Source of the DNA: Promethearchaeota archaeon
GTDB taxonomy: Archaea > Asgardarchaeota > Lokiarchaeia > Sigyniarchaeales > SOKP01
DNA: 64,000 nucleotides
Reading direction: 5' to 3'
Assembly (NCBI GenBank): GCA_048937405.1
Contig: JBHLNF010000002.1
Coordinates: 501,462 to 565,461 of the forward strand
Shown here: positions 21,113 through 31,085 of the stretch, piece after piece
Numbering within the stretch: the first letter of the stretch is position 1
Layout: every line of letters begins with the position of its first letter
Notes under the pieces: generated by a model
What the model saw: only the letters and a program-made list of their open reading frames with translations
Database searches by the model: none
Told to the model about the DNA's origin: nothing
Translations under genes and position numbers: made by a program

Positions 21113-21217
21113 GCAGATGTAGCCTAGCTGGTAAGACGCCGGCCTCGAGCATTATAAATAATAATCAAGAAAGCCGGTGCGCGTAAGCGCTCGGGGGTTC
21201 AATTCCCTCCATCTGCG
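21113..21217 (+). tRNA. tRNA-Ser(CGA) with a 22-nt intron (21150-21171) at position 37/38
   Basis: Acceptor GCAGATG/CATCTGC, G73, anticodon stem CCGGC/GCCGG, loop CT-CGA-G|A, variable arm GCGC-GTAA-GCGC, T arm GGGGG-TTCAATT-CCCTC; BHB bulges AGC and AAA. Confidence 0.92.
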
Positions 21218-21229
21218 TATTTTTTGAAT

Positions 21230-22165
21230 TTATTGAATTATCTGATGTATTAAATTCTCCATTTGAGGCTTTGCAGCTTCAATTTTATCTAGAATACTGA
21301 TTGTTTTTTTTAAATCTGACTTATCTTCTTCTACAATGAATAATAAATAGAACTCCAAATTGCCAAAATTAAGAACTTCAATTATACCGGAAAATCTCTT
21401 TCCATTTTCAAATTTATCTGAAAATTCTAAAAGAGTCCTATTTTCATTTACAACCCGTTTGTGCAATTCGATATATATTTCATATATCTTTAATTTCTCC
21501 GACAAGTGAAGATGGGGTCTATAATATTCCCCTAAAGTTATACCCTTTGCATCAAATAATGCAATTAAAATAGAGTTATAATTCTTACTTAATTCTGAAA
21601 ATAATTGAGACACCATTTCCATTTTTTCAAATAACATTGATAGACCACTTGAGAAAGCATCCATAACGGATTTTATATCATAAATTGTGGTTTCAAAGAA
21701 AAATATATCAAATGCATTTGAATATCTTGTTAATGCCTGCTTTAATGTAAGAATCCGTTTATTTATATCTTTATCATCAACAAGTTGAGGATCAAATTTA
21801 TGAAAAAGAATACATATTGGTATATATTCTTGTTCTTCTTTAAAAAAGAGTAATATTTCCTCTAAATAATCAATAGATTCAATATAACGATTAAAATCCT
21901 GAGCGTCTATAACATAATAAAGCAGATCTGTTCCCATTAGATACTTTTCTGGATGTTTTAAATATTCTTCCCTATATTGCTTCTGACCTCCAAAATCCAT
22001 CCTTGCAAATTCAATACCTAAAAATTTGAAAGAATCACGAGCAATTCTTCTTGTAGGTGTTAAGGTAGCAATCTCTTCTTCAAAACCGAAACGTTTTGTT
22101 ATTGCAGTTATTATACTGGTTTTTCCAGCATTATCTAAGCCCATTACACCAATTCTTTTTGTTAT
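21230..22165 (-). CDS. Arf/Rag-like small GTPase with C-terminal roadblock/longin-like domain; probable AUA start
   Basis: KRIGVMGLDNAGKTS, DFGGQ, HKFD, ETT; C-terminal ILIALFDAKGITLG. The beta-1 strand lies upstream of the annotated ATG 22144; SD AAGGTGAT precedes ATA at 22165. Confidence 0.85.
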   Translation of the reverse strand: MTKRIGVMGLDNAGKTSIITAITKRFGFEEEIATLTPTRRIARDSFKFLGIEFARMDFGGQKQYREEYLKHPEKYLMGTDLLYYVIDAQDFNRYIESIDYLEEILLFFKEEQEYIPICILFHKFDPQLVDDKDINKRILTLKQALTRYSNAFDIFFFETTIYDIKSVMDAFSSGLSMLFEKMEMVSQLFSELSKNYNSILIALFDAKGITLGEYYRPHLHLSEKLKIYEIYIELHKRVVNENRTLLEFSDKFENGKRFSGIIEVLNFGNLEFYLLFIVEEDKSDLKKTISILDKIEAAKPQMENLIHQIIQ

Positions 22166-22314
22166 ATTTAATCACCTTATTTCGATTTTAAACAGTTTTT
22201 ATTGAACCTTCTTCTAAATTATGCAATATTAAAAACTATTAATAAATAATCACTTTTGTAAAAAAAAAAAGATGATATTAATATTTAAGCTTAATGTTTA
22301 AGAAAACAATCGTA

Positions 22315-22596
22315 TTATCCTCCGGATAAAGGATAAGAGAAATAAAGATCATCTCCATTCTTAAGTCTTGTTTTATAATTTTTTAGATATTTAATATTAC
22401 GACCGTTCAATAGTATCAGAATGTGGGTATTAAGTTTCTGTTTTTTCTTATCTAATAATTCGTCATCAAGTTTGTCTCCATATTCTTTTATAAATTGAGA
22501 AATTATACTTCCAACAGTATTACCCTCATACTCTAAAGTTCTTTTGTTAATTCTAAGATGAAAAATATTTAATAAGTGCAATTTCACTTTAACCAT
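22315..22596 (-). CDS. MoaD/SAMP/Urm1-type ubiquitin-like protein
   Basis: 93 aa; ILLNGRNI...LKNGD; C-terminal SGG. Confidence 0.85.
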   Translation of the reverse strand: MVKVKLHLLNIFHLRINKRTLEYEGNTVGSIISQFIKEYGDKLDDELLDKKKQKLNTHILILLNGRNIKYLKNYKTRLKNGDDLYFSYPLSGG

Positions 22597-22754
22597 ATAA
22601 CAATCCCTATATTATTAGATCACTTAGATTCAATATCCATTTTAAGCTAAATCTTTATTTTAATAAAAAAATATGACATATAAGTTTATTTTATCTCTAA
22701 AATATAAATATAAATATATTCAGAGTATTTTTTAGAAATTCCCTCAATTCCCTA

Positions 22755-24350
22755 TTATATAAAAATATTAATATTATAATTACCAACAATTTGCGCTTTT
22801 CCAGTCTTTATATTATGTTCCTTTATAACCACATTACCTTTTTCGTATATTTCAATCTCAATAAAAGTTTCATCAAAGCGTTTAGGGTTAAGATTTCCTC
22901 CATTTGAAAAAACGGTATGATCAATTTTAACATTAAATGAGATACTAGGGGAGCTATTTAAACATAGATCTATTTGAGAACGTGCAAATTGAGAAAGAAC
23001 ATCTCCTGAATCTATTAACTCTGTCCGCCATACACTTAATGGAGTAGGAATTAAGCTATGAAAACAAGAAACTCCAAAGATCTTTTGATGACTAAGAGAT
23101 AAAACTTTTTCAATAAATCTATTCAACTTCTTTCGGCCTATGAATCCATCAGTAGAATCGCGAGTTGTAGAGTTTAATCCTTGAAAATATATCATATCAT
23201 TTTCAAATAAGGGATCAGGTTCATCAAAGTAATTATTCCAATAGTTCCAAGCAGGTGGTTTCGAATCTGTATATCCAGGTACAATTAAATAGGGGTATTT
23301 CAGTTCACTTATTTTATCTCTTGCAATTCTAAATTCATCCTTGTAGCTATTTTGAGTTACGTTACCAGTGTGTACCACCAAATCTACATTTGCTAATTCA
23401 TTTATTTTCTTTACAGCTCTATCCAAATTAGTTATTTCATTTTCTAAATTCTCATTAATTAATGAATTTGACATTTGTATAAATCTACAAATAGGATGTT
23501 GACCTTTTTCTATAACTAATGGAAGATAATAATTTACTTGGCGTTGAATTTTATGTTTAGAATTTGAATTTAATATTGGAATTATTTTAAATGTAAGATT
23601 GTTTTGATAAATATCAATAATTGAGTATGTAAATAATTCCCGATATCTAGTTTTATTACAACAGAATGTTCCCGCATTAAAAATATATAAATCTTTATCA
23701 CTACTACTTACGGTATAAAGATTTGAAATATGTCTATGACCATTCAAGACTAAGTCTGTTTTTGTGTCTAAAAGCATCTTTAGCATATCTCCTGAATCTT
23801 CTATAGCAGATCTCTCTTTTCCAGTATTTGGAATTGGTATTAATTGATGGTGAAAGCATACAATTTTGAATTTATTTTCTCTTTCTGGTTTTTCTAACCT
23901 TTTTTTAATGGCATCTATTACATTATGATGAATAATTCCACCAGGTAAGTCTGGCTTAGTACTATCTATTCCAATTACATAAACTTCATCATCTTCATAT
24001 TCATAGTGCCTCCTTCCAATCATCTCCTCAAAAAGTAAATACCCTACATTCATTGCATCATGATTCCCTATTAAGATCATCAGAGGACATTTTGAAGAAG
24101 GCTTAAATTTTGCAAATTGTTCCATGGCATACTCATATTCTAAAAGAGTGCCAGTATGTGTGATATCTCCTAGATGTAAATAAAGATCAACATTTTTAAT
24201 CTTATTAATTTGTTCAATACCTAAATTATACGCGTGGAGATTAAAAGCGCCCATTCCTCTACTGATATGAGTATCTGAAATAATTACAAATCTCTTTTTT
24301 GATTTATATTTCTCTTCTGATTTTGTTTTAGTACTTCTTTCAACATTCAT
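22755..24350 (-). CDS. Tandem metallophosphoesterase (second domain degenerate)
   Basis: Domain 1 has SDTH, GDIT, GNHD, HH and GHRH; domain 2 lacks these ligands. Confidence 0.85.
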   Translation of the reverse strand: MNVERSTKTKSEEKYKSKKRFVIISDTHISRGMGAFNLHAYNLGIEQINKIKNVDLYLHLGDITHTGTLLEYEYAMEQFAKFKPSSKCPLMILIGNHDAMNVGYLLFEEMIGRRHYEYEDDEVYVIGIDSTKPDLPGGIIHHNVIDAIKKRLEKPERENKFKIVCFHHQLIPIPNTGKERSAIEDSGDMLKMLLDTKTDLVLNGHRHISNLYTVSSSDKDLYIFNAGTFCCNKTRYRELFTYSIIDIYQNNLTFKIIPILNSNSKHKIQRQVNYYLPLVIEKGQHPICRFIQMSNSLINENLENEITNLDRAVKKINELANVDLVVHTGNVTQNSYKDEFRIARDKISELKYPYLIVPGYTDSKPPAWNYWNNYFDEPDPLFENDMIYFQGLNSTTRDSTDGFIGRKKLNRFIEKVLSLSHQKIFGVSCFHSLIPTPLSVWRTELIDSGDVLSQFARSQIDLCLNSSPSISFNVKIDHTVFSNGGNLNPKRFDETFIEIEIYEKGNVVIKEHNIKTGKAQIVGNYNINIFI

Positions 24351-24356
24351 TTTTGC

Positions 24357-25094
24357 TTATTTTTCTTTTAATTTTGCTGGATGACCCATATAGATAGAAT
24401 TTTCTTTTAATATCTCATTAAAATTTGTATATGAGTGAGCAGATAATTTTACATTACGTTTAATATAAGTACCTGGTAGTAATACACATTTGGCACCGAT
24501 AATTGTATCATCCTCTACTACTATTTTCCTTAAAATAAACTTATCTTGTTCTATCCCAAAACTCAATAGCGTACTATTCATTCCAATAATTACATTTTTA
24601 CCTATAGATACAAATTCAGAAGAGATCCAGCTATTATCGTGTATTCCGTTTTTTCCAATTTTCACTCCAAAAAATCGGAGTGTAAAACGATTTTTAAACC
24701 AAGGGAAAGGATTTGAAGCAGTTATAAAAAGCGGCCATTTTTTAACAATATTTCTTAAATTCCAGTAAAAATAGGCCTTATCTTTTAAATTTCTTTTAAA
24801 ACTTCCCTCTTTTGGAACATAAATTAATTTTATAACAGTTAAAAATAAAATAGAAATTAAAATTGCACTAAACTGTAGAATATAAATTAATAATATGATG
24901 TTTAAAGGCAAAAGAAAAAAGAATAATAAATAGACTCCATTTCTCCAGAAAATATCTAAATACCCAATTTCAAATGTAACACATGGTATAATGCTTAAAA
25001 TAATGATGATAAAATAGAGAATGAGATACTTATTTCTAAGTCTTTCATCTATAGGCGTTGGAGAATCTCCTTTTAAGCTCGCTGGCTGAAACAT
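24357..25094 (-). CDS. Membrane-anchored hexapeptide-repeat (left-handed beta-helix) acyltransferase-like protein
   Basis: Two TM segments; FGVKIGKN, IGKNVIIG, IIGAKCVLLPG, MGHPAK. Confidence 0.75.
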   Translation of the reverse strand: MFQPASLKGDSPTPIDERLRNKYLILYFIIIILSIIPCVTFEIGYLDIFWRNGVYLLFFFLLPLNIILLIYILQFSAILISILFLTVIKLIYVPKEGSFKRNLKDKAYFYWNLRNIVKKWPLFITASNPFPWFKNRFTLRFFGVKIGKNGIHDNSWISSEFVSIGKNVIIGMNSTLLSFGIEQDKFILRKIVVEDDTIIGAKCVLLPGTYIKRNVKLSAHSYTNFNEILKENSIYMGHPAKLKEK

Positions 25095-25097
25095 TTT

Positions 25098-25964
25098 TTA
25101 TTTATTGACCCCGATTTTATTTTTATTTGAATTATCAATTTTTACAGCAGATTTACCCTTAATTCTTTCTGCTTTTTCTTGTGATTCTTCTAATGATTGA
25201 ATTTGAAGTGTTTTACTCACTGGAGTTCCAATATGAATTAAATCTCCCTCAAGTACTTGGTTAACCCATGTATAACTATTTACTCCTAAAATGGCACCAT
25301 CTTGAAGTATAGTTCCGGGACTAATGATGGTTTGAGGTCCAACAATGCAAGTTTTCCCTATTTTTACCTTCTTAATTAAAATTTTATCATGATAAATAAG
25401 GTGGGAAAATATGCAAATGTTTAGAGAGGTCATTGTATAATCTTCAATCTCTATAAATTCAGGATCTATATATCCTTCATACGCAACAACATTTCTTCCA
25501 ACGGATACTCCAAAAAGACGATAAACAAAAATATCAGACCAAGGGAGTGGTAAGGATCTTGCTAGCCAAATTGGAAAGTAAGCTGTCCAAAATCGTCGAT
25601 GGGTATATTTCCATTCCTTACTACCCTTTTCAAAAACACCTTCTTTTGGAGGATAAAATTTATTTAAAAGTTGAAAAATTACTGTAGAAAATAAAATAAT
25701 TGAAAACGCAAATAATAACAAATTGCCATAAATATTTAATGGGAGCAGTATCCATTCCCACCATTGACCGATTAGTACAAACGATAAGAATCTCTTTCCT
25801 GTGAGAAGAAAATATAGATCATTATAGAACCACAAATTAATTGAAATTACTACGAAAGATCCAATAAACAACTGTAAGATCACAATTAATGTAAATGGTG
25901 TCTTATATACACCTGAAGTTGAAATGTATTCGATATCGAATTGTGAATTATCAATATTTTCCAT
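25098..25964 (-). CDS. Membrane-anchored hexapeptide-repeat acyltransferase-like protein
   Basis: Two TM segments; PKEG, FGVSVGRN, IGKTCIVGPQTIISPGT, IGTP. Confidence 0.75.
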   Translation of the reverse strand: MENIDNSQFDIEYISTSGVYKTPFTLIVILQLFIGSFVVISINLWFYNDLYFLLTGKRFLSFVLIGQWWEWILLPLNIYGNLLLFAFSIILFSTVIFQLLNKFYPPKEGVFEKGSKEWKYTHRRFWTAYFPIWLARSLPLPWSDIFVYRLFGVSVGRNVVAYEGYIDPEFIEIEDYTMTSLNICIFSHLIYHDKILIKKVKIGKTCIVGPQTIISPGTILQDGAILGVNSYTWVNQVLEGDLIHIGTPVSKTLQIQSLEESQEKAERIKGKSAVKIDNSNKNKIGVNK

Positions 25965-26213
25965 TATGTTCCTCAGAATTCAAACAAGATTCCTTTATAA
26001 TAAATTATAATTGTGAAAATAATTCAATCATCATATTTATTTCTAGTATTTCATTTTCAAAATTAAAAATATTCAAAAATTTAATACACTATGATTTATA
26101 TATTATTAATAAATTTAATTCATAAAATCAATTCAACTAACAAAAAAAATTCAATAAGGTGAAATATAATTAGTATTGACTGGGCAAAGGCAGAAGAAAA
26201 ACCCGATAAGAAA

Positions 26214-27029
26214 ATGTCCGTTGAAGGCAGAGTCTTACTGGATCTCAGAGCTAAAGTTAATGACTTGGAAAAACAATTAACCGAAAACAAGAATGAATTA
26301 GCTCAAACAAAAGATCAACTTGCTGATACAATGAATTCACTTGATGAGACTCAATCCAAATTAGAACAGACTGATAATAAACTTCAAAAGGTTATTTCAG
26401 AAGATCAAGAAGTTATAAAAAACCTGAATACTGAAAATAATGAACTTAAGCAAGAACTAGCAGAATTTAAAAGCAAAACTGAAGATCTTGAAAATAATTT
26501 GTCTCTTAATGAATCTAAGGTTTCTGAATCTGAGGAAAAAATAACAAATTTAACATCAGAATTAGATAGTGCTAAAGAGAAAATTTCAAGTTTAGAATCT
26601 GAAATGGAAGAAGCTAATAATAATTTATCAACAATGACTCCCGAGTTTGAAGAATTAAAATCTAAATTAGCAACAGCCCAAGGAGAAATCACTCAGTTAA
26701 ATTCGCAATTGAGTGAATTAAACAGTACACTTTTACAAAGGGATAATCAACTCCAAGCATTAACAGATCAACTCAATGAAAAAGAACAAGTTTTGGAATC
26801 AACATCAGAACACCTTCATGAAGTAGAATCAGAATTAGAAGAGTTAAAACCACCAGAAATAGGTGCTGGAGGATTTGCCAGCGATGAACGTATTACTTGC
26901 CCCATGTGCGGAGCTGTAGGTGGTGATATAAAAACTGTTGAAGATAAAGGCAAAGTTTTAAGTTATGTTGGCCATATTCCAATGTATGCAAAGAAACATG
27001 TTTGTAAAAAATGTGGTTATGAATTCTAA
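26214..27029 (+). CDS. Long coiled-coil protein with C-terminal Zn ribbon
   Basis: About 210 aa of heptads, then CPMC...CKKCGYEF. Confidence 0.75.
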   Translation: MSVEGRVLLDLRAKVNDLEKQLTENKNELAQTKDQLADTMNSLDETQSKLEQTDNKLQKVISEDQEVIKNLNTENNELKQELAEFKSKTEDLENNLSLNESKVSESEEKITNLTSELDSAKEKISSLESEMEEANNNLSTMTPEFEELKSKLATAQGEITQLNSQLSELNSTLLQRDNQLQALTDQLNEKEQVLESTSEHLHEVESELEELKPPEIGAGGFASDERITCPMCGAVGGDIKTVEDKGKVLSYVGHIPMYAKKHVCKKCGYEF

Positions 27030-27225
27030 GTGATTTTATTACAATTCTCTTTTTTCTTTTCTAATATTATAATTTTAATCTCCTCATTTTTATTAAGCTG
27101 AATAATTCAACAGTTTTAGTATTCAATTTTTAAGATCAATCTCAAACCATTATAGCTAGTTTTTTGATATATCTCTACAATAAACAGAATTAAAATAATT
27201 AAAAGAAATTTTAAAATTAAAATTG

Positions 27226-29187
27226 CTAATTCAATTTGGATAAAATTTTACGTTTTTTAACAATTACGATTACAATTATACTTAGAAATCCGAATAAGAG
27301 ATGATAGTTACCAAAGGGGATTCTAAAACGACCTCCAGCTCCAAATCTAGCGGTCTCAATTTCTACTCTAACGGTATCAGAAATCCCAAAAACATATTCA
27401 TTATCATGGTATTCAATAGAGTAATCATAAATTCCTGTAGTAGTACTATTAATAGGAACTTGAATAATTGTTTCGTTGAGCCAACCCTGCCAATCCTGCC
27501 ATACAATAGAATGCCCAGTAGAATCATTAACCAATACTCGAAAAAATCCATTTTCAGAGTCATCATATATAGTCCAATTTATTAGTTCGTCATCATTTTC
27601 TTCAATTGATATATCTTTCGGGTGGTTTGAGGTTGGAATATTATTTTCACCCATCCATTGAAGATTTCCATCAGAATCAACTCTTTGTGCATAAATATCA
27701 CTTTCGGGTGTAATATCACCCCACATATCTAACTTACCAGTTCTAGAATCCTCCCACGTAATTATTGCTCCACCCTGACCATCAGCAACTATACCAGGTT
27801 GTTTTTGATCATAAAGAGCTGTAGCAATTGGAATACCATTTGTAGTCCATTGTATATTTCCATTTGAATCGATTCGTTGAGCATAAATGTCACTGTAAAA
27901 TTCTTCTGATCTTTCATCCTCCCATGTAATTATTCCACCTCCCACTCCATCACTGCACATTTGAATATTTTCTTTGGTAGCATTTACGGTGCATATAGCT
28001 ACGCCATTAGTAGTCCATAATATAGTTCCGCTTGGATCAATTCGTTGAGCATAAATGTCATAAATGCCTGATCTTGTATCTTGCCAAGTAATTAATGCAC
28101 CTCCTACTCCATCACTACAGATTTTCATATCATAAATATAATCTCCTGAAATTGAACATATTTCAACTCCATCTGTAGTCCATTGACCACCTCCAGTTGA
28201 ATTGATTCTCTGAGCATAAATACTAATACCGTCAAGATATAATCTATGATCAATCCAAGCAATTATTGCGCCGTTATTATCATCACTACAAATTTCAGGA
28301 CTAAATTGATCATAATAATGAGTACATACAGGTTCACCGTTAGCTGTCCAATTAATACCTCCAGAAGAATTAATTCGTTGAGCGTATATTTCTTGCTTAT
28401 CACCACCGCTAAGTCTCTTATCATCCCAAGCTATAATTGCCCCACCCTCTCCATCGCTACAAATTGCTGGATCTCCTTGACCAATACCTGCTATACATAT
28501 TGCTTCCCCATTAGACGTCCATTGAACCTGTCCTGTAGAATTAACTCTTTGAGCATAGATGTGTGGATTATATTCTTGCCTGCGATCCGTCCAAACGGCA
28601 ATTACTCCCCCATTTTCATCACTACATAAAACAGTTTTATGAATGTCTAGGGATGATTCTTCATTCGCATCACAGATTTCAACCCTCAACCCTGACCAGA
28701 GTCTTCCCCCATTTGGACTGATATGCATTCCATAAATATCAGGATCATATTCTCCCCAGGATATATACTGATAAATATCCCAAGTGAAAACAAAACCACC
28801 ATAACCATCACTCAATATTTCAAGGTTATATGCATCACCCATATCTACTGGTAACCCTTTTTCCCACCAAAGTAGATTTCCATCAGGATCAATACGTTGT
28901 GCAAAAACATCATTTCCCGCATCATTTCGTAAATCATACCACGCTATTATAGCGCCTCCTGCCCTATCGGTAGTTATTTTTGGTCTTGATTGATCACGAA
29001 CTTTGCTGCATATGGATATTCCATTTTCTGATGGAGCAGAAATCATTAAATTTGCCTCATCATCAAGATTTACATTTATATCATAAGTAAATTGATTAAA
29101 ACTTGCATAATAACTTATAAACATAGAAAATCCTAGTAGAACGGCAACAATTAGGAAAAATTTTCCTTTTTTAAATTCAGATTTCAT
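27226..29187 (-). CDS. Beta-propeller-repeat surface protein with C-terminal Loki-CTERM-like anchor
   Basis: Repeated SDGxGGAIIxWxDxR...IYAQRIxSxG...W; ends IPFGNY-TM-KKRK. Confidence 0.8.
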   Translation of the reverse strand: MKSEFKKGKFFLIVAVLLGFSMFISYYASFNQFTYDINVNLDDEANLMISAPSENGISICSKVRDQSRPKITTDRAGGAIIAWYDLRNDAGNDVFAQRIDPDGNLLWWEKGLPVDMGDAYNLEILSDGYGGFVFTWDIYQYISWGEYDPDIYGMHISPNGGRLWSGLRVEICDANEESSLDIHKTVLCSDENGGVIAVWTDRRQEYNPHIYAQRVNSTGQVQWTSNGEAICIAGIGQGDPAICSDGEGGAIIAWDDKRLSGGDKQEIYAQRINSSGGINWTANGEPVCTHYYDQFSPEICSDDNNGAIIAWIDHRLYLDGISIYAQRINSTGGGQWTTDGVEICSISGDYIYDMKICSDGVGGALITWQDTRSGIYDIYAQRIDPSGTILWTTNGVAICTVNATKENIQMCSDGVGGGIITWEDERSEEFYSDIYAQRIDSNGNIQWTTNGIPIATALYDQKQPGIVADGQGGAIITWEDSRTGKLDMWGDITPESDIYAQRVDSDGNLQWMGENNIPTSNHPKDISIEENDDELINWTIYDDSENGFFRVLVNDSTGHSIVWQDWQGWLNETIIQVPINSTTTGIYDYSIEYHDNEYVFGISDTVRVEIETARFGAGGRFRIPFGNYHLLFGFLSIIVIVIVKKRKILSKLN

Positions 29188-30784
29188 TTATTTTTAACCT
29201 CCGAGCTAAAGTAATGGAAATAATACCAATAATTCCAATTATTATAAAGATATAATATCCTGGAATAAATGGTGTTCCTCTTCCTCCTGATGTAATCTCC
29301 TTTATAACAGCTACGTTGGCAAAACCTATATTATCAAACGTATCCTTTGCATAAAAAATCATATTAATAGTAGTTCCGTTTGAAAATTTATCCCATTCAG
29401 CTTGATTAATTTGCCCTGTTAATCCGGTAAAAGTAATATTTGTAACACCTTCGTCAAGAGTATACCATGTTTCATCTAAATTAGGTTCCGAAATAGATAA
29501 TGTGTAATTTGGGGCTATTTTACCACATTTTTTATTTGTTGTAGGTGATTCAATTTCAATCTTTGGAGCGGAACTAAATTTTACTAAAGTCATTCCACCA
29601 AAATCATTAGCAATAAAAACATTTCCAGAAATATCTAAAGCAATTCCTTGTATATCATTGCTCCATCCATCTTCCCAAGTGTCATACCATTGAATTTCAC
29701 CTAGATTATTAAATTTTGCAATTGTAACTGAGGAATATTCATTTGCATCAATATCAGATTTACCTACAAGAAAAATATTCCCCGAAGAATCTAATGTAAT
29801 ATCTGAGCAAGATTCCTCTTCATCTCCACCCCATGTAGCATTCCATATTTGAGTACCACTAGAATTATATTTTACTAAACATATATCATCTTTTGCCTCA
29901 CTAAAAGTAGTTGTAACTCCCGCAAGATAAATATTATCTGAATTATCAACTGCAATTGCTTTTGCACTTTCATAACCAATACCACCCCATATTCGTTCCC
30001 ACTGAAAATTACCACTACTGTTATATTTTACCAAATACATATCATATCCAAATGAACCACCTCCATATTTGTCTCCTGCTAAGTAAATATTTCCCGCTGA
30101 ATCTAGAGCAATACCATAACACTGATCCCAACCCGGAGAAGCCCTCACCCCAGATAACTGAACATTTCCAGATTTGTTATATTTTACAAAACAAAAATCA
30201 TTTGGTTCAACATATCTAAATCCTGCAATATAGATGTTATCTAATGAATCAATTACCATATCATAACCTTCTTCACTTAAGCTAGATCCCCATGTTGAAT
30301 TCCATGCTTGAGTACCATTTTTATAATATTTTACTACACAAAAATCATGATCCTTTTCAAATCCCATAATGGTGTCGGTAAATCCTGCAATATATACATT
30401 ATCATCAGAATCTATAGCAACCGCACGAGCACGATCTTGTTCTAGATATCCAAATGTAGTATTCCATATTATATCACCATTTTTATCAAATTTAACTAAC
30501 CCTAAATCAGCATGACCAGCACTATAACTAAATGTATAACCTGCCACATATATATCTCCCGAAGAATCTATAGCTAAATCATGAGCACCTTCTCCAGATT
30601 GTGCATTACCCGCCCAAGTAACATACCATTCATCATTAAGTTCTGGAACAGTAGCAAGTTTAGGAAATTCTCTTTGCAACACAACTTTATCTCTATAATT
30701 GAAAAAATAAGAATTAATTATTAACAAATTTAAAAATAGAGAGATTGTAATACTTAAAATAAAAAACAGTTTAAAATTTTTCAT
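29177..30784 (-). CDS. SBBP-type beta-propeller surface protein with Loki-CTERM-like anchor
   Basis: Repeats IAxDSxGNIYxAG...KYNSSG...W; ends IPGY-TM-RRLK. Confidence 0.8.
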   Translation of the reverse strand: MKNFKLFFILSITISLFLNLLIINSYFFNYRDKVVLQREFPKLATVPELNDEWYVTWAGNAQSGEGAHDLAIDSSGDIYVAGYTFSYSAGHADLGLVKFDKNGDIIWNTTFGYLEQDRARAVAIDSDDNVYIAGFTDTIMGFEKDHDFCVVKYYKNGTQAWNSTWGSSLSEEGYDMVIDSLDNIYIAGFRYVEPNDFCFVKYNKSGNVQLSGVRASPGWDQCYGIALDSAGNIYLAGDKYGGGSFGYDMYLVKYNSSGNFQWERIWGGIGYESAKAIAVDNSDNIYLAGVTTTFSEAKDDICLVKYNSSGTQIWNATWGGDEEESCSDITLDSSGNIFLVGKSDIDANEYSSVTIAKFNNLGEIQWYDTWEDGWSNDIQGIALDISGNVFIANDFGGMTLVKFSSAPKIEIESPTTNKKCGKIAPNYTLSISEPNLDETWYTLDEGVTNITFTGLTGQINQAEWDKFSNGTTINMIFYAKDTFDNIGFANVAVIKEITSGGRGTPFIPGYYIFIIIGIIGIISITLARRLKINEI

Positions 30785-31085
30785 TTTCTTTTTTTTAGAT
30801 TTTAATGGATTATTTAGAGATTAGATAGTTAAATATTTAAAAATTTACAAAAATGTAACTTCAAATTTGATTTCAAAATTTTAATATATTTTTACAGGAT
30901 ATATTAAAATCATGAACAAGGATCTCAAAAATAAATATATCGGTACCTTATCTCAGAAGGAATTACTTAAATTATGTTCTTCTTTTATTTAGATAACTCT
31001 TTACTGTAAAACGTGCAGCGTAAATTGAAAGAAGATACTAACATTTATATTCGACAAAGATTTCTTTAGAATGAATTGATAGAAA

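Noticed and set aside
21113-21217. Possible tRNA-Sec, given the long variable arm and the selenoprotein genes in the window
   Set aside because: Anticodon is CGA, not TCA, and the 7/5 acceptor/T-stem geometry is that of an ordinary tRNA-Ser.
27600-30600. Recurring nucleotide words (e.g. ttcgttgagcataaat) as a CRISPR or DNA repeat array
   Set aside because: They are degenerate, in-frame protein propeller repeats, not identical repeats with unique spacers.
30912-31028. 26-codon ORF ending in TAG followed by an in-frame CxxC (possible amber readthrough)
   Set aside because: Too short, no recognisable family, and no pyrrolysine evidence in the window.
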